A DNA stretch of 64,000 bases, taken from Caulobacteraceae bacterium (GTDB lineage Bacteria; Pseudomonadota; Alphaproteobacteria; Caulobacterales; Caulobacteraceae). This document shows positions 27,870 through 39,802 of the stretch, one piece after another. Position numbers and translations under genes: made by a program. The stretch is taken from assembly GCA_036272595.1 (NCBI GenBank), contig DATAYM010000017.1:49128-113127 (forward strand), written 5' to 3'. The notes under the pieces are model-generated. The model searched no databases, was not told the DNA's origin, and saw only the letters and a program-made list of their open reading frames with translations. Position 1 is the stretch's first letter; every line of letters begins with the position of its first letter.

Positions 27870-28709
27870 GTGAGTGACCTGGTGCTTGTCACAGGGGCTA
27901 CAGGCAAGACGGGCAGGAGCCTGGTCTCGCTTCTGAGGAAGAGGGGCATGGCCTGGCGCGCCGGCTCGCGCGGCGGCGAGCCGCCGTTCGACTGGTCCCG
28001 GCTCGACAGCTGGGATGCGGCGCTGGAGGGAGCCGCGTCGGTCTACCTCGTGGCTCCGGCCGGAGTGGCCGATGCCTATTCACGGATGACGGCGTTCCTG
28101 CAGTCGGCGATGCGCAAGGGCGCCCGCCGCTTCGTCCTGCTGAGCATGGCCTCGCTTCCCGCCGGCGGCCCTGGCCCGGGACAGGTGCATCAATGGTTGA
28201 AGGACAACAGCCAGGATTGGACCGTCCTGCGCCCGACCGCCTTCATGCAGAACTTCAGCGAGGGTCCTTTTCTCGCGTCGATCCGCGATGAGGACACGAT
28301 CTATTCCAATACCGGCACGGGCCGCGTGCCGTTCATCAGCACGGTCGACATCGCCCGCGCGGCGTTCGCGGCGCTGACGGCCCCCGCCGCCCTCAACAGC
28401 GACTTCACCCTCACCGGCGGGGAGTCGATCTCCTATGACCGCGTCGCTGAATTGATCGGCCAGGCCTGCGGCCGCCGGATTTCCCACACCCCTATCTCGA
28501 CGGCGGCGATGGCGAAGCGGTTCGTCGATCGCGGTCTGCCCGAACCGACCGCCATGTTCCTGGCCGCGGGCTATCAGACCATCGCCGAAGGCGCGCAGGA
28601 GCGGATCATCGACGGGTTCGGAACGCTGACCGGCGGAACTCCGACGACCTTCCAGGCCTTCGCGGACGCCAACGCCGATGTCTGGAAACGGAGACCAGAA
28701 GCGGTCTAG
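27870..28709 (+). CDS. NmrA-like NAD(P)-binding oxidoreductase (EasG-like family)
   Basis: LVTGATGKTG; FDWS; WTVLRPTAFMQNF; VPFISTVDIA. Confidence 0.85.
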   Translation: MSDLVLVTGATGKTGRSLVSLLRKRGMAWRAGSRGGEPPFDWSRLDSWDAALEGAASVYLVAPAGVADAYSRMTAFLQSAMRKGARRFVLLSMASLPAGGPGPGQVHQWLKDNSQDWTVLRPTAFMQNFSEGPFLASIRDEDTIYSNTGTGRVPFISTVDIARAAFAALTAPAALNSDFTLTGGESISYDRVAELIGQACGRRISHTPISTAAMAKRFVDRGLPEPTAMFLAAGYQTIAEGAQERIIDGFGTLTGGTPTTFQAFADANADVWKRRPEAV

Positions 28710-28710
28710 T

Positions 28711-31356
<2,646 letters not shown>

Positions 31357-31474
31357 GGCGTTCCAACGAATGGCGCGTCCATATAGAAATGGCGCGCCGG
31401 TTCGCCAAGCAGCGTTTCAGTTCGTCCTTGCATGAGCGCGCGCGCAAAGACCTCGCATGGTCACCCGGACGCGC

Positions 31475-31873
31475 TCACGTCAGGTCGGTGAACGGGTTGT
31501 ACGCCACGTCCCAGACATGGCCGTCGGGATCGGCGAACGAGGATTCGTAGCCGCCCCAGGGCGCGTCCGCCGGGCGCGCCACCACACTGGCTCCAGCCCG
31601 AAGGGCCTCTTCGAACACCGCGTCGACCGCGGCCTTGGATGGCTCGTTGTGCGAGATGCCGACGGTCGGGACGCCGGCGGCGCCCGCCGGCGCGTCATTC
31701 AGGGGTTCCGCCGCCGGAAGGATCGCCAGCCAAGTCCCCTCCAGCCGAAACAGGATATAGTCGTCACCGTCGGCGTAGTTATGGGTCGGAAACCCAAGCC
31801 CGTCGCGATAGAAGGCGACCGACCTTTTCATATCCCTCACCCGAAGGCTGACGATCGATATCTTCGGCTTCAT
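31475..31873 (-). CDS. VOC family protein
   Basis: ISIVSLRVRDMKRSVAFYRDGLGF; PWGGYESSFADPDGHVWDVAYNP. Confidence 0.88.
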   Translation of the reverse strand: MKPKISIVSLRVRDMKRSVAFYRDGLGFPTHNYADGDDYILFRLEGTWLAILPAAEPLNDAPAGAAGVPTVGISHNEPSKAAVDAVFEEALRAGASVVARPADAPWGGYESSFADPDGHVWDVAYNPFTDLT

Positions 31874-31982
31874 GGCGCGGCCTCGCGAGGCGTCTTCGAG
31901 CGGGTCCTGGGAGGGGCGAAACGACGCCTTTGCGGTCAACGCCTCAGAATAGACATACGCCAGATTGGCGGGACTGAGCCGT

Positions 31983-32022
31983 CGCCCCCATCCCCAACCC
32001 CTTCCCGCGCGGGGAAGGGGCT
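31983..32022. repeat. Intergenic palindrome downstream of recA
   Basis: ccccaaccccttcccgcgcggggaagggg hairpin. Confidence 0.45.
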
Positions 32023-32063
32023 TTCATCGGCCTGAGCCGCGCTTGGGGGATTCTGCAGCGGTC

Positions 32064-33131
<1,068 letters not shown>

Positions 33132-33213
33132 TGAAGGCGTCCTTATCCCACGATTCTTCGAGCCCATGTCCCGAACCCCCCGCTGAAACGGGAACGCCCC
33201 GAACACCGCGACT

Positions 33214-33254
33214 GTACATGCTTTGTTCCGAGGCGCAATGTTCTTTTTTCGTTC
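33214..33254 (-). promoter_or_regulatory. Two alphaproteobacterial LexA (SOS) boxes upstream of recA
   Basis: gtac-atgcttt-gttc (33214-33228) and gttc-ttttttc-gttc (33240-33254), i.e. GAAC-N7-GTAC and GAAC-N7-GAAC on the minus strand. Confidence 0.8.
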
Positions 33255-33451
33255 CCCCCGACGTTCGAATGCGCCCGGCGGTAGACGTGCTCATAGAGAT
33301 TGGCGGTGACCGCTAGGGTTTGGCGGGATTTCACGGGATTTCGTGACACAAGGTGGGATTCGCAGCGGCTGCTCAGAGCCTTCTGAGAACCTTCAAAGAC
33401 CCCTTTCAAAAAATTGACCCGAGCGCCGCCCGTATGATTTGCTCGGGGCTA

Positions 33452-34069
33452 TCAGGTGGGTGGGGGGTCTTCCCAGTCAGCATGGGCGGCCCGGGCCGAG
33501 GGGCGCAGCCCGGCTTCTGACATACGGTCGAGGTTATCGCGCGCGACCCGCTCCTGATGGTCCTGGTGTGCCTTGAAGGCCGCCGCGTCGATCACAGCCT
33601 TCTGCAGGCGGGCGATATCGTAATCGCGCCAAACCACGTAACCGGTCCGGGTCACAACCAGCGTGCCGAGGAAGCCGATTGCACCGGATAGAACTCTCAG
33701 GACCGGCTCTGGCCATCCGACCGAGTGCCGGAGCGAATCCGGGATCGAGCGGCCGAAGATCGCGTCGTTTCCGACGACGACAAGCCCTATGATCAACAGG
33801 AGGAAAGCCGCAACAACGGCAAAAATGACCAGATACTCCTGGGTCAGGTCGACGATGGCCGCGGTAAGGCGTTCTCGCCGGTTGCGGTCGATCGATTCCC
33901 AGCTGAGCGATGGCATGGTGCGGTTCAGACGCACCAACAGGCCGGCCGCGATGATCGAGAGCGGCGACGTGATGACCTGAGCCGAGTTCAGGAGCCGCTC
34001 AAGCGAGACCTGCCACCCGAACAGACCGCCTACGGCCAGGCAAACCAGAAGAGTGGCCGCAGTTCCCAT
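33452..34069 (-). CDS. Multi-pass membrane protein, gene 2 of a coupled pair
   Basis: Several hydrophobic segments (LLVCLAVGGLFG; PLSIIAAGLLV; YLVIFAVVAAFLLLIIGLVVVG; VLSGAIGFLGTLVV); TAATG overlap with upstream gene. Confidence 0.75.
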   Translation of the reverse strand: MGTAATLLVCLAVGGLFGWQVSLERLLNSAQVITSPLSIIAAGLLVRLNRTMPSLSWESIDRNRRERLTAAIVDLTQEYLVIFAVVAAFLLLIIGLVVVGNDAIFGRSIPDSLRHSVGWPEPVLRVLSGAIGFLGTLVVTRTGYVVWRDYDIARLQKAVIDAAAFKAHQDHQERVARDNLDRMSEAGLRPSARAAHADWEDPPPT

Positions 34070-35094
34070 TAAGCATCAATCTTTCCATCCTGAACAAATC
34101 GAGAATACACGGTCCGCAGCTGGTCGGCCACATTGTCGAAATCCAGCAGCGTGCTGCCTTGGTGGGGCACCGAGAATGGCATCCGGGTGCGAAGGATTGC
34201 GTCGCCGTCCGAGAGACGCCCGTCCTTGCCCTCGATCTGCACCCTCGCGTCGCTCATGTCGGCGATGTCGTTGGCGAGTTCCTTGATCTGCCGCTTGCTC
34301 TCGGCGGTCCGCCTACCGCGTACGGCCAGGGATGCGTCGGCGGTGATGTACTCGCCGGGCCCGAGGGCTTTGATCAAAGACTCGGTCTTGGCGGAGCCTA
34401 GGATGGCCTCCCAGACCGGCTTGGCTTGTTCGGAGCGCAGGGCAGCGTCCTCGACGCGGCGCCTGGTCTGGACCTCGCGAGTTGGCCCGTCGGCGACGAC
34501 ACCAACAACGGCCGGGATGGTGCGTCCGGTGACCCGTAGTTTTTGAATGTCTCCGACATCGCCGACCGACCTGTCGAACTCGGCCTGCAGCCGGAAGGAC
34601 AGCATCGGATCGACAGTCTTGGTGCGCTCCTTAAGGAGCCAGTTGAGGTAGGCGTGGATCCGGTCTGAATCCATTGCCTGGGTCTTGAGGAAAAACAGGT
34701 GGTCACCGATCGCCATCCAGTACGCCAGGCCGCGGATGAATTGTGATCCGGTCGGTGCCTTACGTTCTTCCAGGTCGAACACCTCGGCGAGGGTGATGTT
34801 CGAAAGTTGCTGGGTCGAGGCCTTGAGGCGCAAGAGCGCCTGAAGGCCTTTCTCCTCCGAGTAGCAGAACTCGCCGTAGATTGCGGAGGTCAGGTCTGCG
34901 ACGCGGTTGAGCATCATCTCGCCGCCGAATTGGTCCTGGAGTTGGAAGACCCGATCTTCGACGCGCTGTGACAGCGAAGCGCCGGCGGTGTCCACCGTCT
35001 CAAGCGCCTGGCGGCAAAGGCCCTCAAGCGGCCACGCGACGGGGCCGTCGGCCTGGAACCGCCGATAATGCACCATGTGATATACGGTCGTCAT
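34069..35094 (-). CDS. Soluble hypothetical protein (341 aa), gene 1 of a coupled pair
   Basis: Long open frame, no TM segment, no recognisable catalytic motif. Confidence 0.8.
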   Translation of the reverse strand: MTTVYHMVHYRRFQADGPVAWPLEGLCRQALETVDTAGASLSQRVEDRVFQLQDQFGGEMMLNRVADLTSAIYGEFCYSEEKGLQALLRLKASTQQLSNITLAEVFDLEERKAPTGSQFIRGLAYWMAIGDHLFFLKTQAMDSDRIHAYLNWLLKERTKTVDPMLSFRLQAEFDRSVGDVGDIQKLRVTGRTIPAVVGVVADGPTREVQTRRRVEDAALRSEQAKPVWEAILGSAKTESLIKALGPGEYITADASLAVRGRRTAESKRQIKELANDIADMSDARVQIEGKDGRLSDGDAILRTRMPFSVPHQGSTLLDFDNVADQLRTVYSRFVQDGKIDA

Positions 35095-35177
35095 CGCCCA
35101 CCCCGAGTCGCTACGCGAGTATCCCGCATTTCCTACATATACTACAGGCTGTAGCCTGCCCGGCCGAAAGGGTCGAC

Positions 35178-35594
35178 ATGAAGCTCAGCGACTTCATCGA
35201 AGAGACACTCTACGAGATCGCGGTGGGCGTGAAGGCTGCCCGCCTCCGGGCAAGAGACCTGGTGGCCATCACGCCCTCAAGGCTGAACGGGACAGGCATC
35301 GACGAGAAGAGCTACGTCGACTTTGATGTGTCGATCGTGGTCTCAGAGGCGGACGCCTCCAAGCGAGGAGCGGGCGGCCGCCTCGGCGGCGATATCCAGG
35401 TGGCCGCCATCGCTAAGGTTAGCCTTGGCGCCGGCGGGAGCGCCGAGACGAGCAGCGACTCAAGGTCCGAGCAGACGCACAGGGTCAGCTTCAAGGTGCC
35501 GGTCTATCTTCACGCCAACTACTTCGGGAACCCGGCGACGGCCCAGGAAGCCGAGGAGTTTCTGAACTCGCGCGCGGCTTCAGGTGGACCATAG
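35178..35594 (+). CDS. Hypothetical protein, Trypco-like
   Basis: MKLSDFIEETLYEIAVGVK...VDFDVSIV...G-rich...HRVSFKVPV. Confidence 0.65.
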   Translation: MKLSDFIEETLYEIAVGVKAARLRARDLVAITPSRLNGTGIDEKSYVDFDVSIVVSEADASKRGAGGRLGGDIQVAAIAKVSLGAGGSAETSSDSRSEQTHRVSFKVPVYLHANYFGNPATAQEAEEFLNSRAASGGP

Positions 35595-35788
35595 CGGCGT
35601 TCTTCGCCTTCTGGGCGCTCGGCGCGCTGGTGTTCGGCGTCTTCCATGTTCGCTGGCTGCGCCGCCATGCCGCTAAGGGCGAGAAGGTTCCGGAGCCGGT
35701 CTTTCAATTCGTGTTCGGTGTGATCCTAGCCCCGATCGCGCTGGCGATCGGGGCGGCTCTCGCCTGGACGTTGCTGCGTGCGCTCTAG
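35591..35788 (+). CDS. Small two-TM protein, no canonical start found
   Basis: IAAFFAFWALGALVFGVFHVRWLRRH...VFGVILAPIALAIGAALAWTLLRAL*; overlaps the upstream stop. Confidence 0.4.
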   Translation: MAAFFAFWALGALVFGVFHVRWLRRHAAKGEKVPEPVFQFVFGVILAPIALAIGAALAWTLLRAL

Positions 35789-35793
35789 GTCGG

Positions 35794-36306
35794 TCAGTTC
35801 AGCGGGCGGGTAAACGACCGCATCCTTCCGTTCACGCATCGCGTGGTGATCATGAACCGCCTGAGGTACACCCGCCCGTCGCGCCCGACGACGTAGCGAT
35901 CGACCTCACCGCCGGCGCCACCATCGCAGGTAGCCTGCACCGGCTCTCCCGATCTGCCGGTCAGAGGCTCCACGTCGCCCCTCATGACATAGAAGTAGCG
36001 GCCGAAGCCCGAGTAGCCGTTGGCCCAGTCCCGACCATAGATCATTGCCACCGTCTTGGTGGGCGCGCCGGGGACCGAGAAGAAATCCTGCCGGTTCATA
36101 GCTTCGAACGATGACGAACTCGAAAGCGTGAAACAGCCGATCGGCTTGCCAGCGCCCGAGTCCGCCGACTTCGCTGCGTAGAGGTGCTCCTCGGTGTCGC
36201 AGGCCAGGACCCCAGGACCGTTTGGATGATAGAGCGGGTCGGAGAGCGCCCTTCCGGCAACTGCGCAAGCCAAGACGACCAGTGCGGCGAAGCCACCCTG
36301 TCTCAT
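35794..36306 (-). CDS. Secreted hypothetical protein
   Basis: Signal peptide MRQGGFAALVVLACAVAGRALS; four Cys in the mature region. Confidence 0.65.
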   Translation of the reverse strand: MRQGGFAALVVLACAVAGRALSDPLYHPNGPGVLACDTEEHLYAAKSADSGAGKPIGCFTLSSSSSFEAMNRQDFFSVPGAPTKTVAMIYGRDWANGYSGFGRYFYVMRGDVEPLTGRSGEPVQATCDGGAGGEVDRYVVGRDGRVYLRRFMITTRCVNGRMRSFTRPLN

Positions 36307-36370
36307 CGGCTCCCCGAGCCAGCGACCCAACATCTGCGTCAAGCACGCTTTGCGCGTCATACCCTTGCGA

Positions 36371-36829
36371 TCAATTCGAATTCGTCCGGCACTGGTAGTG
36401 ATCGATCTCGTCCAGCGTTGCGCCCTCGACCATGACTTGCGAGCTGCCTTGCGCTCCCGCTGGAAGGTTGGTCGAGTTGGTCATCGCATTGGCGAGCAGC
36501 GTATTGGCCTTCGAATAGAAGGCGCAGTCGGCCTCCACATACCCCAGCTCTTGGCCGCTGTTGTTTTGAAAGACGGCGGGAAAAATGACATAGTCGGAAG
36601 ACAATCGTGGACGTCCAAGCGTGACGGTCAGCGCCTGGGCCGCAGGCGCCGCCGGCACCAACGCGGACGCCACACTCGCGCCACCAGCTGGCGGGGCGAC
36701 CACCCCGCTCGCGGTCCCCTGGCTTTCATGGAGCGCGTACCCGATGACGAGGCCCGCGACCCCACCGACGACGAGACCTGTCGCGAAATTGCCGCGGCGC
36801 TTTGCCGGTGGCGTCGCTAATTCCGTCAT
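36371..36829 (-). CDS. Membrane-anchored protein with FxLYD-like domain
   Basis: N-terminal TM; VFQNNSGQELGYVEADCAFYSKANTLL...NLPAG. Confidence 0.7.
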   Translation of the reverse strand: MTELATPPAKRRGNFATGLVVGGVAGLVIGYALHESQGTASGVVAPPAGGASVASALVPAAPAAQALTVTLGRPRLSSDYVIFPAVFQNNSGQELGYVEADCAFYSKANTLLANAMTNSTNLPAGAQGSSQVMVEGATLDEIDHYQCRTNSN

Positions 36830-36903
36830 CGCCGCTCCCCAGTAGGTTGTTGGAGTCTAGGTCGCGGAACATCGCTGCGCAACCTGCGATGCCGCTGGAG
36901 GGC

Positions 36904-36933
36904 GAGCGGCGCGGGCTCCAACCCGCGCCGCTC
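36904..36933. other. Perfect 12-bp hairpin with loop complementary to a nearby site
   Basis: gagcggcgcggg-ctccaa-cccgcgccgctc; ttggag at 36850-36855. Confidence 0.7.
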
Positions 36934-37017
36934 TAGTCGCCACGCCCAGCCCCCCCCGCAGGGGCTGTCGCGCCCTCGGCAGCCGGAGAGATTACCGCCG
37001 AGAGGGCGTGACGATGT

Positions 37018-38823
37018 TCAACCCGGGAGCGCTCCCCGGTTCCAGCGAAAGTCCACGGCGGCGGCCTTTTCGACGCGGCTCACCGACGTTCCTTGCTCGG
37101 CCTTGACCACGATCGTCCCTAGGAGTTGGGACGAGGAAGGCTGTGAGGCAGGGGCCGGTGCGACCGCCGGCGACGCGGCCCTGACTAAGAGCGTCGGCAA
37201 GTGGCCGGCGGCTCGATCATGGGTTTGGCCTGGTGCGGCCATCGCGTTGCTGATCGCGATATGAAGCTTCGAAAGCGACGGCAAGCCCGGCAGCGACCGG
37301 CGGTCCGGTGTCGGCTTCCAATCTGCCGGCGACCGGTGGCCGGCCGGCGAACCAGGGCTTGGCGACGGGCGGCCACCCGGCACACTACGGCCTGGCTGCT
37401 GCTGGCCGCCAGGCGCGGGGGCCCTCGCCAGACCATCAATCAGTCGGGTGATCGCGCCAAGCGCTGGGAACTGGATAGAGAGCGCCGCGCCGCCGGCGTT
37501 TAGCAGCGTTTGAAGCCACTTCGGCATTTTCGACTCTAGGTCGGTGAAGGCCTTCTCGATCTTCCGACAACCGTCCTCCAAGCCTTTGACGATTTCGTCC
37601 CAGTGATTGTGTAACTCGACCAAGGCGAAGATGAACAAGCCGATCACGACAATGGCGGCCTCGATCGCCAAAGCGATGAGGCCAATCGGGTTCGCGTCCA
37701 TCGCGATATCGAGCAAAGTCATGGCGTCGGTGAGGCCGAAGACCGCCGGTATGAGGCTGGCGACCAGCACGGCCGCGCGGACCGATGCGATGCCGATGCT
37801 AACGATGCTTCCGGTCGCCGAAACCAAAGCCACGGCGGCTTGCGTCGCCAAGACCGCAGACAAGCCGATGAACGCCCCTTTCACCACATTGGTGTTGTCC
37901 GAGAGCTTGAGCAGCTTATCAGCGAGATCAACCGCCTTGACGATGATCTTCTCGATCTTCGGAAGCATAGCCACGAACTGGTCTGCGAGCTTGGTCACCG
38001 CGTCGGTGAAATGCTTCACGTCGTCGTCGTTGAGGCTCTCTATCCACTTCGTGACCTTATCGATCGCGTCTGTAAGCTTGGGGATCAGGGCAATGCCAAT
38101 CCGATTGCCGAGGCCAAGGACCGCCAGGCCCATGTTTTGTTTGGCTTCGATAAATTTCTTGGAGGCCTCGGCGTCCTCCTTGGTCATGACAGCATGAGCC
38201 CGTTGGAGCTGGTCCATCAGGGCGGCGATCTCTTCGCGCGGCGCTCTCAGCAGCGGCGCCATGTCGACCCAGGACCGGCTGAATAGTCCCTGGGCGGCGA
38301 CCGCCAGCGCGCTTCGGTTTTTGATCCGCTCCATGCCGTCGAGAATGCGCGTGAACATCGCGCCAGGGTCGTTTGAGAGGGCCTTGATCTCCTTCATGCT
38401 GACGCCGGCCAGCCGCAGCGCTTCGATCTCCTGCTTATTGCCCTTCAGCGCGTTGCCGACGTGCAGCTCCATCATCGCGAAGGCATGGTTCAACCCATCC
38501 GCGTCGACGCCGAGCTGTTTCGCGGCCCAGCCCAAGCGCTGCATGGCCTCGACGCTGACACCGGTCTTCTCTGAGCTGCGCAGCAGGGATTCGCCCATCT
38601 CCGCGACGCGGTTGGTGACGTCCCAAATCGCGCGGCCAGCCTCGGCCGCAGCGCCGGCGATGGCGGCGCCGCCGATCAGCTCGGTAAGGCCGAGCTTGGT
38701 GAACGCCGCGTGAAGCTTCGAGGTGCGCTGTTCGAGCGCCTGCAGGCCGGCGCCGATGCGCCGCAAGGGCGCGGTTGCGCGGTCCAACGCCTCGACAACC
38801 AGGTTAAGCCTAAGATCCTTCAT
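37018..38823 (-). CDS. Phage tail tape measure protein-like
   Basis: MKDLRLNLVVEALDRATAPLR; SEKTGVSVEAMQRLGWAAKQLG; ANPIGLIALAI; follows the tail chaperone. Confidence 0.85.
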   Translation of the reverse strand: MKDLRLNLVVEALDRATAPLRRIGAGLQALEQRTSKLHAAFTKLGLTELIGGAAIAGAAAEAGRAIWDVTNRVAEMGESLLRSSEKTGVSVEAMQRLGWAAKQLGVDADGLNHAFAMMELHVGNALKGNKQEIEALRLAGVSMKEIKALSNDPGAMFTRILDGMERIKNRSALAVAAQGLFSRSWVDMAPLLRAPREEIAALMDQLQRAHAVMTKEDAEASKKFIEAKQNMGLAVLGLGNRIGIALIPKLTDAIDKVTKWIESLNDDDVKHFTDAVTKLADQFVAMLPKIEKIIVKAVDLADKLLKLSDNTNVVKGAFIGLSAVLATQAAVALVSATGSIVSIGIASVRAAVLVASLIPAVFGLTDAMTLLDIAMDANPIGLIALAIEAAIVVIGLFIFALVELHNHWDEIVKGLEDGCRKIEKAFTDLESKMPKWLQTLLNAGGAALSIQFPALGAITRLIDGLARAPAPGGQQQPGRSVPGGRPSPSPGSPAGHRSPADWKPTPDRRSLPGLPSLSKLHIAISNAMAAPGQTHDRAAGHLPTLLVRAASPAVAPAPASQPSSSQLLGTIVVKAEQGTSVSRVEKAAAVDFRWNRGALPG

Positions 38824-38959
38824 AGAGCCGCTCAGCCTGTGTTCGCCACATCAGGAGTTCGTCGACGTCCATTTCCCAAAGCTCGGAGGTCGGGAAATGA
38901 AAGACGACGGCCACGTCGCCTAAAACGTCTCGCCAGTTTCCTGGCGCCCAGGAAAAAAA
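38810..38959 (-). CDS. GpE'/gpT-like -1 frameshift extension of the tail assembly chaperone
   Basis: WRDVLGDVAVVFHFPTSELWEMDVDELLMWRTQA in the -1 frame after a T7 slippery run. Confidence 0.8.
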   Translation of the reverse strand, partial: FFSWAPGNWRDVLGDVAVVFHFPTSELWEMDVDELLMWRTQAERLYEGS

Positions 38960-39213
38960 CCGCCGACGATCTCGCCCAAGCCCTCGATATCTTCCAGATC
39001 CAGCTCATCGACCGCACTGCCTGAAAGGCCTGTCAAAGCTCCGATCAGGGAAAGGCTTTTGGCGATGGAGCCGTCCGTTCGGTCGAGCATCCGCAGGTCC
39101 TTGGACTTCAGCCGGCGAATGGGAACCTCGGTTATTTCTTCCTGGCGTTCCTCGCCGCCCTGCACCCTGGTGCGCAGGACGATCGGATGCTTCAGCTGAT
39201 AGGTGTCGCTCAC
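38920..39213 (-). CDS. Tail assembly chaperone (Mu gp41 / P2 gpE-like)
   Basis: QLKHPI...RRLKSKDL...LIGALTGLS...VDELDLEDI...GGFF. Confidence 0.85.
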   Translation of the reverse strand: MSDTYQLKHPIVLRTRVQGGEERQEEITEVPIRRLKSKDLRMLDRTDGSIAKSLSLIGALTGLSGSAVDELDLEDIEGLGEIVGGFFPGRQETGETF

Positions 39214-39404
39214 GGGCGCTGTCCCTTTCGTTGCTTGGTTGCAAGGAAATCGGCTTCCGACACTCCAAGCGCCCTGCACGCCGCCTGTTCATCCACTGTC
39301 AGTTTGGTGGCCGGTGCTGGGGCCGCTGCCTTGAGGAAGGCGGCTTCGGAAACGCCGATCGCCGCACAGGCAGCGCGCTGTTCGTCCGTCAGGCCCGTCG
39401 TCAT
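39210..39404 (-). CDS. Small protein with two tandem Mu scaffold C-terminal-like motifs
   Basis: LTDEQRAACAAIGVSEAAFL and LTVDEQAACRALGVSEADFL. Confidence 0.65.
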   Translation of the reverse strand: MTTGLTDEQRAACAAIGVSEAAFLKAAAPAPATKLTVDEQAACRALGVSEADFLATKQRKGQRP

Positions 39405-39802
39405 GCGGCCGGCCCCGATTGGGGTGACAGGCCGGTGGGTTCGATAGTCAGCGTGACCTCCGCGTTGCTCACCCTGAAAACGAAACACGGATGAAGTCCT
39501 CGACGGTGCCAGGCATTCATGGGGTTTGCGGCAGCTTCGGACCAGCGGACGGTTGCGTAGGGTGCGCCAACCCCAAACTCTATGTGCGAGAGCACGCCAA
39601 GGACGGGCTCAGCGCCAATCGAGATCGGAGCCGACCGGAGATAGTCTCTGATCGCCGTGATAACCGGGCCAGCGTCGGCAAGTTGCTGGCCATCGCTGTC
39701 GATCGCAGAGATTGGACTTAGGCGGACCGAAACCGAACGGGCCGAGAGCAGGCGTTGGGATGCCGCGAATGTCGCCTGCCATCTCTTTTCACCATTGTTC
39801 AT
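39401..39802 (-). CDS. Hypothetical protein, possible remote Mu prohead protease remnant
   Basis: DAGPVITA...PI...GVLSHIE...YATVRWSEAAA...RGLHPCF loosely follows the Mu_Pro order; catalytic motifs not evident. Confidence 0.4.
   Translation of the reverse strand: MNNGEKRWQATFAASQRLLSARSVSVRLSPISAIDSDGQQLADAGPVITAIRDYLRSAPISIGAEPVLGVLSHIEFGVGAPYATVRWSEAAANPMNAWHRRGLHPCFVFRVSNAEVTLTIEPTGLSPQSGPAA

Noticed and set aside
36904-36933. Intrinsic terminator
   Set aside because: No U-tract follows the stem on either strand.
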